Assembly: GCA_963709405.1 (NCBI GenBank)
Contig: CAVPXM010000055.1
Span: 352,001-416,000 of the forward strand
DNA: 64,000 bases
DNA from: an uncultured Nitrososphaerales archaeon
GTDB lineage: Archaea > Thermoproteota > Nitrososphaeria > Nitrososphaerales > Nitrososphaeraceae
Direction of reading: 5' to 3'
Under the pieces are notes generated by a model. The model worked only from the letters and a program-made list of their open reading frames with translations, was not told where the DNA came from and searched no databases. Shown piece after piece: positions 56,003 to 64,000 of this stretch (positions are counted from its first letter, which is position 1; each line of letters starts with the position of its first letter). Position numbers and translations under genes: made by a program.

Positions 56003-57711
56003 TTGGGATTTCTTATGTTAGTCAATAGTTACATGACGACATCGGAAATAGGGCAAAGGCACAGTGTGAGATCTCTATTTTCGAAATTTGAAACGGTCAG
56101 GAATCAAGTTATTTCTGATTACATCTCCTCTTTTCCTGAAACACTTTCTGAAGCAGCCGAAAAGTTACTAGCACCAAATCGTCAGTTTCCTGTGATGAAT
56201 GAACTGGTTATGTCAAACAGGGTAAGAATCGGAAGGTTTATCGAGAAATTCCACAATGAGGCAGGGACAACCAGCTCTGATGTGAAGTATTCCCTAAATG
56301 CTCTGAACAGTCCTTCAGTTGAAATACTTGTGTCAATTCATCAACCAAACCTCTTTGCATTTGCTGGAGTTTATAAAAAAATCATCCTTCTGCAGTGTTT
56401 GAAATCCATTGCTGAGCAGAAGGGTATCGGTAGGAAATTCATAAACATGTTCCTCATAGTCGACCATGATTTCATGGATGAGTTTTGGATACGCCATGCC
56501 CAACTCCCTAGCCTACGTCATTCTAATGGTATATTAGAGCTTAGGTTACCAATAAGGGTTCGTGATAGATGGCGGTTAATGTGCAATATGCAAGCACCAA
56601 GAAAATCTTTAATAGACTCTTGGAGAAAGCAAGTGACTTCATGGATAAAAAATGCGGATTCGCCATTATATCCAACTAAGTCAGAAAAATTTCAACTCCT
56701 GAAAAATTTGGACGAAATGTGGTATCAAGTTGAAGAATCCTATTCCAGATGCAAATCCTATGCTGATTTTAATTCATTTATTATTTCTCGCTTGGTAAAT
56801 ACAATTTGGGGTTACGATACCCTATTTGTCAGGCTTTCCGATATACCTGAAGTATTCGAAGATGGGTTCAAGTTTCTTATATCTAATTATGAAAAATATG
56901 CCCTAGCCCTGAACCAGAGCGAAGAAATGTTTGCAAGCCAAGGAATAAATACCGGCGTTAGTTCGAGCTCATACCTTAATGCTCCAGTCTGGCTTCACTG
57001 TAAATGCGGGAGCAAGGCTTCGGCAAAGATAGTTGAAAGCGGATTGGAGAGGCTATATCTAGTTGGCAAATGCATAGCATGTAAGAGTGATCTGCAAATA
57101 GAGGTGGGATCGCGGGATAACCTTGACTTGTCTGGAGACACATTGCATTCCATATCCCCTAGAGCAATACCTATCCTATTACTATTAGCTAGGGATCTGG
57201 GTATAGCGTGTTACGCTTCAGGGACAGGAGGAAGCCTAGGCTATATGTTAGTGGGGAGAATGGCCTTCACGCATCTAGCAGTTAATATGCCTCTAACTAC
57301 AGTTTGGCCAGCTGCAGATATCTACAATGGAATAGGGCAATCAGAGGCGCTATCACATATGAGAGTAAATAATGATATAGAACTGAGAGTCCTACTTGGA
57401 GAAACTGAGATCCATGAATGCTGAATATGCAGAAAGGATAACGCCCTTAATAGATGAGCGTAATAAAGGAATCAAAGCTGGCCAACCAATAAAGAACATA
57501 CTATCAGATATGTTTGCATTAAAGGAATCTCAAAGGAGGGTGCGTCACATGATTAAAACTGCAACGAAAGCTGAGAGCCGCAATAGACTTAAAACCATGT
57601 ATAATCGATCACGTTGTGAACTATGGTATCAGGAGGATCGAATCCCAGTGGAAAGAGAACCTTATGGCAAATGATGATCTAGCAGCGCCAATTTTCTTGG
57701 TTAAAGAGTAG
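56003..57711 (+). CDS. BshC-like (HUP-fold) putative ligase with Zn-ribbon insert; frameshifted in the C-terminal coiled coil
   Basis: SIHQPNLF..VYKK, IVDHDF and SPRAIP...YASGTGGSLGY parallel BshC motifs GQQ.GLF..YK, EDHD and SPNV...Y..GP.E..Y. HCKC...CIAC insert. Continues through 57396..57674 and a third frame to TAG at 57711. Confidence 0.6.
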
Positions 57712-57752
57712 TAACTAGTGAATTATATTTTTATGCAACGTGTGACTAAATA

Positions 57753-58832
57753 ATGGGTCACCGAAACCAGCTCAATGTACTCGTTACTGCATCTGGGGGC
57801 ATCATAGGAGAAGGGATAATTAAGTGCCTGAATTGGGCCAATTCATCGTCAAAAGACGATACAGTCTATTATAGAATATTTGCCACTGATATGGATGCTA
57901 AGGCGGCCGGATTGTATAGGTGCAATGGGACCGGATTCCTAGTTCCACGGTCCTCTTCTCCAGATTACATAGATGCCATTATTTCTATTGCCAGAAAAAA
58001 TGATATAGATGCCATATTTGTTGGATCGGACAAAGAGCTAATAATACTCGGCCGATTGCAGAACAAAATAGAAGCTGAAACTAATGCAAAAATTATTTCC
58101 AATCCTCTGAATATATTGGAGCTGGCCAGAGATAAATGGAAAACCTATGAATTCTTGGAATCTAATAATTTTTCAAGGGCCGAATCTTGTTTGCCGAAAG
58201 ACAAGGATGCTTTCATTTCACGCTATGGTTTCCCTTTGGTAGTAAAACCTAGGGAAGGATATGGTTCGATGTATTTTACAGTAGTAAATGATGAAAGCGA
58301 ATTAAAATATGGCATATCAAAAATTGAGGAAGTAGGTTGGCGACCGATACTTCAAGAATACTTGAAAGGCAACAATACTGAGTTTACGACTGGAGTGACC
58401 GTTGATAAACGAGGAGATCGAATAATGTCATCGATATCGATCCAGAAAACAATAAAACACGGACAAACGTATAAAGCCATAATCGATAGCTTCAACGAAA
58501 TTCGTCGTCCATCTGAAGAAATTGCAATGAAGCTGGGTGTACGCGGTCCTGTTAATATTCAGGCTATGCTTGTTGAAAACGAAGTAAAGGTTTTCGAAAT
58601 AAATCCTCGATTTTCAGCAACTTGTCCAATGCGTGCGGTTGCAGGTGTGAATGAACCAGATATTATACTCAGAAATATTTTCATGAATGAAGATTTTACT
58701 GCAACAGAGTACAAAAAATTATTATGTATGAGGTACTGGCAAGAAGTTTATATAGAGTATTCCACCTATGAGCAGACTTCACATCAAAGAATGGTTAGTG
58801 AAAGCAATTCACTCGTACCTTGTTACTTTTGA
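57753..58832 (+). CDS. ATP-grasp ligase (CPS-like/PylC-like), second paralog
   Basis: ARDKW, KPREGYGS, QEYL...EFT and EINPRFS motifs. Confidence 0.9.
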   Translation: MGHRNQLNVLVTASGGIIGEGIIKCLNWANSSSKDDTVYYRIFATDMDAKAAGLYRCNGTGFLVPRSSSPDYIDAIISIARKNDIDAIFVGSDKELIILGRLQNKIEAETNAKIISNPLNILELARDKWKTYEFLESNNFSRAESCLPKDKDAFISRYGFPLVVKPREGYGSMYFTVVNDESELKYGISKIEEVGWRPILQEYLKGNNTEFTTGVTVDKRGDRIMSSISIQKTIKHGQTYKAIIDSFNEIRRPSEEIAMKLGVRGPVNIQAMLVENEVKVFEINPRFSATCPMRAVAGVNEPDIILRNIFMNEDFTATEYKKLLCMRYWQEVYIEYSTYEQTSHQRMVSESNSLVPCYF

Positions 58833-58868
58833 CTTAAATCTCTAACGGAATAATTGCTATGTTACCTT

Positions 58869-59507
58869 CTACCATTTCGATACCCTAACTACCTCAAAGG
58901 CTTCGGCATACTCTGTATTCATCTGATACCCTCTGTATCGGCATCTACCTATTATCGCGTCAATCCAATATTGTCCACATCGGATTTTTTGTGAATCGAA
59001 GCAGTTCAAAGCATTCTTCTTAATTTCTATAGTATTTGCAATATCCACATAAAGTTGCGGTCTAAAGGCAGACTCCGTAATACCGCCAGGTATCGTGGTC
59101 TCGTACATGAATAGATTATTCAAGTCACGACAGGCAGCAATTACAGCTCTGGTTAAGGCTTGATGATCTTGATGCGAATCCCCTATCCACTGAGTAAAAA
59201 CTGCATCCGGTTGGTGTTCTCGCACAATTTTGTCTATTATCCCAACAAACTTCCTGTTAAACACTACCTCATCGGGGGACAAGTCAAGGAGCTCCGGGTT
59301 ACCGCAACCCATTAGCTTCGCCGAATTCGTCGCTTCAGACTGCCGTCCCTCCTTAGTATCGAACTTTACAAAATTTGGTAACGTAGCTATAACAAGGTGA
59401 ACGTTGTAATTGTCATTCTGTGAAAGCTTGGCTACGGTTCCACCCATGCCTATCTCTATATCATCTGGATGTGCACCGAATATGAGTATAGATTCTTTTC
59501 TATTCAT
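58869..59507 (-). CDS. PIG-L/LmbE family N-acetylglucosaminyl deacetylase (BshB/MshB-like)
   Basis: AHPDDIEIGMGGT, R..EA, DSHQDH and YAEAF motifs. Confidence 0.93.
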   Translation of the reverse strand: MNRKESILIFGAHPDDIEIGMGGTVAKLSQNDNYNVHLVIATLPNFVKFDTKEGRQSEATNSAKLMGCGNPELLDLSPDEVVFNRKFVGIIDKIVREHQPDAVFTQWIGDSHQDHQALTRAVIAACRDLNNLFMYETTIPGGITESAFRPQLYVDIANTIEIKKNALNCFDSQKIRCGQYWIDAIIGRCRYRGYQMNTEYAEAFEVVRVSKW

Positions 59508-59542
59508 ATAATGACCCTACAGCAAATATAATTTAAAAGATT

Positions 59543-60688
59543 CTAAATTACTTTACAACCGTCTGAATTACTCTCCTTAAATGATCGTTTTGGTTCGGCA
59601 TTCACAATTATGCTCCTAGTTTGTCTATACCTTTTGTAATCCTCATCTACTTCCATCGCTGCTGCCAACATCTTACTTCTTATTGACTTGGAAGATTGCA
59701 AGAACATCTTAGTATCTTTTGGTAGACAATGGCCGCCTATTCCATCCCTTGGCTCAAGTATATCCACATTCCATTTTGTGTTTAAAGCATCACGTAATTC
59801 TGCAAAATTTATGTTGTTTGCTTGACAGTAAAGATAAAGATCTTCGGCAAATGCTATTTGTAGATATCTGTGTGCATTTTCAGCAATCTTTGTAATTTCA
59901 GCAATTTCTACTTGAGGTACTGGATGCATACGAATCCCCAAGCTCTTGGGAGTATTCACTGTATCATGATCTTTGATATTATTGTTATTCGTATTTTCGT
60001 TATATTTCTGTCCTGATCCTAGTGCTACTGCTACTGGTACTCCTGCTTCTGTCCGGCCTTCTCCTCCTCCTCCTTCTCCTCGTCGTCCTCCTAGTACTCT
60101 ACCATCATAAAATTGCATGGCTACATTTAGACAGCACTCACAAACTCCACCCAATACTCGCAACTGATTGACACCATGCTCTTCTTGTTCTAATGCATAC
60201 CAGCGATGTGGAGCATGAGCTACATGTAGTCTATGATTAAGCATTTCAAATACCTTCTTTGATGTACCTTTTGGAATAGTACTTTCTATTGATACTAGTG
60301 CTCCATTCTTTGCTTCTTTTGAAATCTTTTCAACTATAGATAATAGACCATCTATTTGTGGAGAAAACATGTCATCTGGTTTGTGAGTAGAAACGCATAT
60401 GATAAAGACATCGAATTCACTAAAATCGATAGCGTTATTGTTATTACTGCTGCTAGTACTACTGCTACTACTACTACCACCATCACTACCGTCATTACCA
60501 CCAATCTTTTTTATTCCAGCTAATTTCTGTGCACGATCTATTGCTTTTGTACTTATATCATAGCCATACGTATCAAATCCTCCTTGTTCCTTGACATATT
60601 TTGCTACAGGTAAACCGAGTTGGCCCAAACCTATCACAAGAACTTTTAAGCGAGAATCAGCAGAGTGTTGTCCTTCTATTGTCGACAA
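59543..60688 (-). CDS. NDP-sugar dehydrogenase-like protein (NAD-binding and central domains only)
   Basis: GLGQLG, ESTIPKG, KIAENA..IAFAE and GIGGHCLPKD motifs; ends before the UDP-binding domain; low-complexity inserts. Confidence 0.82.
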   Translation of the reverse strand: MSTIEGQHSADSRLKVLVIGLGQLGLPVAKYVKEQGGFDTYGYDISTKAIDRAQKLAGIKKIGGNDGSDGGSSSSSSTSSSNNNNAIDFSEFDVFIICVSTHKPDDMFSPQIDGLLSIVEKISKEAKNGALVSIESTIPKGTSKKVFEMLNHRLHVAHAPHRWYALEQEEHGVNQLRVLGGVCECCLNVAMQFYDGRVLGGRRGEGGGGEGRTEAGVPVAVALGSGQKYNENTNNNNIKDHDTVNTPKSLGIRMHPVPQVEIAEITKIAENAHRYLQIAFAEDLYLYCQANNINFAELRDALNTKWNVDILEPRDGIGGHCLPKDTKMFLQSSKSIRSKMLAAAMEVDEDYKRYRQTRSIIVNAEPKRSFKESNSDGCKVI

Positions 60689-60906
60689 GTCTTCAAAACT
60701 GATCGAGAGCTATTATTATTAAAGAATTAAGGAACAAAAAAACATAAATTGTTAGCTATCATAACTTTGATTTTTTATAAGGTAAACTCAATCTAGGGCG
60801 GTATATTTTTTAGGAACACCCACATCCTTTATACAAAATCTTTATCATTACAACTCAAATGTTATAGAAAATAATCTTAAAATTGGCAATGATATGATGA
60901 GAACTG

Positions 60907-61503
60907 ATGCTCAATAAACTTAGAAAACGGCTTGATCCATTTCTCACCAGGCTCGCCCTTGCATTCGTTTCCAGGGGTTTTTCCCCCAATAGCCTGAGTC
61001 TTATAGGTTTTTTTGTTTCGATTGCGGCTGGAATAATGTATGCTCTATCATCACATGTATCACTAAGTAATTACTATTTCAACACTCTAATTGGTGGAAT
61101 ACTTCTACTAATTGCTGGTCTATTCGACATTCTAGATGGGGCAGTCGCCAGGGTCACCAACCAAATCTCTAATCGTGGAGCCTTCCTTGATTCATTGCTA
61201 GATAAGGTGGCCGAGGTAGTTGTGTTCATATCTATATTTTTAGGCAATCTTTCAACACCTATCTGGTGCTTGATTGCTATTAGTTTATCACTCCTTGTTA
61301 GCTATACTAGGGCACGTGCAGATTCTTTGCATATCCCACTAATCGGCATTGGGATTGGAGAACGTGCCGAGAGATTACTAATAATTGCCCTGGTTGGCAT
61401 GATTCCTCTCTATGGTGCGATGCAAGTAGCAGTTATAATGGTATCATTTGTGGCTGGGGCGACGATTGTTCAAAGAATAAATACTGCAAATAAGAAGCTA
61501 TAA
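60907..61503 (+). CDS. CDP-alcohol phosphatidyltransferase (archaetidylinositol phosphate synthase-like)
   Basis: DILDGAVAR...GAFLDSLLDK, SYTRARA and ERAER motifs. Confidence 0.9.
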   Translation: MLNKLRKRLDPFLTRLALAFVSRGFSPNSLSLIGFFVSIAAGIMYALSSHVSLSNYYFNTLIGGILLLIAGLFDILDGAVARVTNQISNRGAFLDSLLDKVAEVVVFISIFLGNLSTPIWCLIAISLSLLVSYTRARADSLHIPLIGIGIGERAERLLIIALVGMIPLYGAMQVAVIMVSFVAGATIVQRINTANKKL

Positions 61504-61518
61504 CAATATAAAAGTATA

Positions 61519-61807
61519 TTACCTCAATCTTCCTGTGTTTCTTCTATCTGATTCAGATCGCACTTTGACTACACCTCGATGAACAGCACATGATACGCAA
61601 TAGAATTTTACATCTGTCGAAGGTGCAATATATGCCCCTTGTGCCTTCAGCTCTTTTGCTAATGTCGGTTCGACAAGCGTTACTCTACCCGTGACTTTCT
61701 TTGCTTTATCTCTTGGAACCATCGCACCACACTGGCTACAATGAACAGTACCCTGAACTCCCTTTTCCTCCCTTGGTCCGTCCTCTACTTGTTCGCTTCT
61801 TTGGCAT
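61519..61807 (-). CDS. rps26e: 30S ribosomal protein S26e (one extra G in this sequence)
   Basis: MPKKRTSRGRTKGGKGSSG then TVHCSQCGAMVPRDKAK...YCVSCAVH; span is 289 bp = 288+1. Confidence 0.95.
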
Positions 61808-62084
61808 GAATTGCTTTTCCTCGATCTATGCTTTAAATCTTATGATGTTCCACTGCCTATTCAAGTGAATTCCTCAGTCCATCGGTGCGAACATAAGACC
61901 AATTATGACAACGCAGATCGAGAGCAAGAAACGTTTCTACTAAAATATTATCAAATTCGTACCTTCATGCAATGCGAGTTAAAGCAACAATATAAGACCA
62001 ACGTTTAACCCTTCACGATTCTGGTTTATCTCGCACTTGTCTTTAAATTGAGCTGTAAATTATTAGTAACTGCAGGATCAAACC

Positions 62085-63089
62085 ATGAAGATAGCCATTT
62101 CTGGAACAGATTCGAGAGATTATCGTTCGATTATACAAATAAAGAAGCTGCTAGATTCATTAGGATACGCTCCGAAAGTAATGAAATCCGGAGATTATGA
62201 GGTCGCAAAAGAGGTAGATCTGGTTCTGATTCCAGGGGGAGACAGAGGGATCTTGGATTACTTTCATAGGGTCGTGACAGATTCTGCCCCCGTTATTGGG
62301 ATTTATGAGTCAGATTCTACTGGATTTCTGGCACAACTCAGTTTAAGGGATCTAGAATTGAAATCATCTAAATTAACCAGAGGTGACTATGAAATAGATC
62401 AGGTAGTGCGCCTAGCTGTAAACGTCGATGGAAATGAAGTCCAACCAGTACTGAACGATGTAGCAGTATTTCCCAGCAAAAGCGCGATGTTGATGGAACA
62501 TGTGCTTAGAACAGATTCTAAAGACGTGTGGCATGACAATAGCGATGGTGTCATTATATCGACTCCAACGGGCTCGACGGCTTATTCAATGTCAGCTGGT
62601 GGACCAATGGTGATCCAGAGATCCAAGGTTTTTGTAGTAGTCTCAGTGAACTCTGTTGATAACACCCGGCGACCATTGATTGTTCCCGACGATACGAAGT
62701 TAGAAATCGTTAATCTTATGAGTAGATATCATTGCGAAGTTATCCTCGATGGCGGTTCCAGGTTGCGAATTAAAAGGATACTTGAATGCCAAAGGCACGA
62801 GTTTCCTGCTAGATTTATCCGTCTTTCTACCGATTCCTCAGCCATTTCACTCATTGCAAAGAAAGTTAAGATAGCAGAAGACCTATTGAGCATGCCAGCA
62901 AGCGCTAAACTAATTCTAAAGACTTTAGAATATGAAGGGGCATTGAGTCAGAGGGACCTTAGAAGGAGGACAATGTTACCTGAAAGGACAGTACGATTAT
63001 CTTTGAGTCATTTGTTAAAGGGAGACTACGTACGAAAGAAAACATCTCTTCGCGACGCCAGACAACATATATTTGAACTCAAGATTTAA
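62085..63089 (+). CDS. NAD kinase family protein with C-terminal winged HTH
   Basis: GGD, GFLA, LND and DGVIISTPTGSTAYSMSAGGP motifs; tail SAKLILKTLEYEGALSQRDL...PERTVRLSL. Confidence 0.9.
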   Translation: MKIAISGTDSRDYRSIIQIKKLLDSLGYAPKVMKSGDYEVAKEVDLVLIPGGDRGILDYFHRVVTDSAPVIGIYESDSTGFLAQLSLRDLELKSSKLTRGDYEIDQVVRLAVNVDGNEVQPVLNDVAVFPSKSAMLMEHVLRTDSKDVWHDNSDGVIISTPTGSTAYSMSAGGPMVIQRSKVFVVVSVNSVDNTRRPLIVPDDTKLEIVNLMSRYHCEVILDGGSRLRIKRILECQRHEFPARFIRLSTDSSAISLIAKKVKIAEDLLSMPASAKLILKTLEYEGALSQRDLRRRTMLPERTVRLSLSHLLKGDYVRKKTSLRDARQHIFELKI

Positions 63090-64000
63090 GAGATGCAGCA
63101 CGAACAAACCCGACAAATGCCTCTTCGGGTTTACCAGGTCTACTACTAAATTCGGAGTGGTATTGGGAGGCGAAGTAAAAACGATGTTTTGGAATTTCGA
63201 TAATTTCTAGCCTTTTGCCGTTGTCGGAAAATGCAGACAAGGCTAGACCATTTTCTAGCAATAGCTTCCTGTAATATTGATTAAATTCATAGCGATGTCT
63301 ATGTCTTCTATATATCTTGACGCTCTTATAGATATCTACAGCTACGGTCATTGGGACTAAATTTATTTCGTGACTTCCAAGCCTCATAGATCCTCCAAGT
63401 TCCGTAGTTGCCCTCTGTTCAGGCATATACTCTATTACAGGATCCTCTGTGTCAGGATCAAGTTCGGTAGAATTTGCATTCTCTATCGAGCAAAGATTAC
63501 GCAAAATTGCTACGATTGCAAGCTGAAAACCGAAACAGATTCCTAGATATGGAATATTCTCTAGCCTAGCAAAGTTGGCTGCGTTTATGATGCCTTCGCT
63601 TCCCCTTTTTCCAAACCCACCAGGGACCAAAATACCATTGTAACTCCTAAGATGATCTAAGCCTCTTGCACCATTGTGGTCCTCAAGCTTTTCCGATTCG
63701 ATCCAGTCAACTTCGACCTTTTTTCCGATACTGGCTCCCGCGTGTGATAGGGCATGGTAGACACTTACATAGCTATCAGGAAGAGAAACATACTTTCCCA
63801 CAATTGCGATTTTTATTGAACCTTCGTATGTATGGAACGACTTTGTGACAGATCTCCAATTAAGCCACCTAGGCGTACAATTGTTTAAGTGTAGTTTTTC
63901 AGCAATCACCCCTAGCATTCCCTGACTCTCCAACAATTCAGGAACCTTGTATATTGACGGCGCATCGTGGCAAGATATAACGGAATTTTCTTCTATGCTT
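63079..64000 (-). CDS. pyrG: CTP synthase, C-terminal part
   Basis: VGKY, PGGFG.RG, GICFG, RHRHRYE and QYHSEF motifs; frame runs off the right edge. Confidence 0.97.
   Translation of the reverse strand, partial: SIEENSVISCHDAPSIYKVPELLESQGMLGVIAEKLHLNNCTPRWLNWRSVTKSFHTYEGSIKIAIVGKYVSLPDSYVSVYHALSHAGASIGKKVEVDWIESEKLEDHNGARGLDHLRSYNGILVPGGFGKRGSEGIINAANFARLENIPYLGICFGFQLAIVAILRNLCSIENANSTELDPDTEDPVIEYMPEQRATTELGGSMRLGSHEINLVPMTVAVDIYKSVKIYRRHRHRYEFNQYYRKLLLENGLALSAFSDNGKRLEIIEIPKHRFYFASQYHSEFSSRPGKPEEAFVGFVRAASLKS

Noticed and set aside
52975-58832. ATP-grasp genes as carbamoyl-phosphate synthase, pyrrolysine or graspetide genes
   Set aside because: Single-domain size, no carA, no pyl genes and no convincing precursor peptide nearby.

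Overview
AT-rich archaeal DNA whose gene set (class I LysRS, Elp3, Cgi121, archaeal histone, S17e/S26e, thiolase plus DUF35, NAD kinase-HTH fusion) points to a soil ammonia-oxidising archaeon (Nitrososphaeraceae-like; inferred, not database-checked). The first ~1.13 kb is a GC-rich, bacterial-type oleate hydratase fragment with an abrupt compositional junction. Positions 1.1-8 kb and 21-28 kb are accessory regions made of gene fragments (HNH, pirin, HTH/coiled-coil, tyrosine integrase, DNA methylase) and three IS elements with resolvable TIRs and TSDs, one nested in another. Positions 8-25 kb hold a molybdenum/redox region: moaA, nitroreductase, MarR-MFS, a Met-rich secreted protein, tatC, modBC-like genes, a membrane sulfite-oxidase-family enzyme and msrA. 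Positions 29-53 kb and 61-64 kb are mostly core genes. Positions 53-60.7 kb hold an uncharacterised biosynthetic cluster (two ATP-grasp ligases, PHP, BshC-like Zn-ribbon protein, PIG-L deacetylase, truncated NDP-sugar dehydrogenase), the best candidate for an undescribed system. Many conserved genes carry single-base frameshifts that look like sequencing errors. No rRNA, tRNA or CRISPR array was found.
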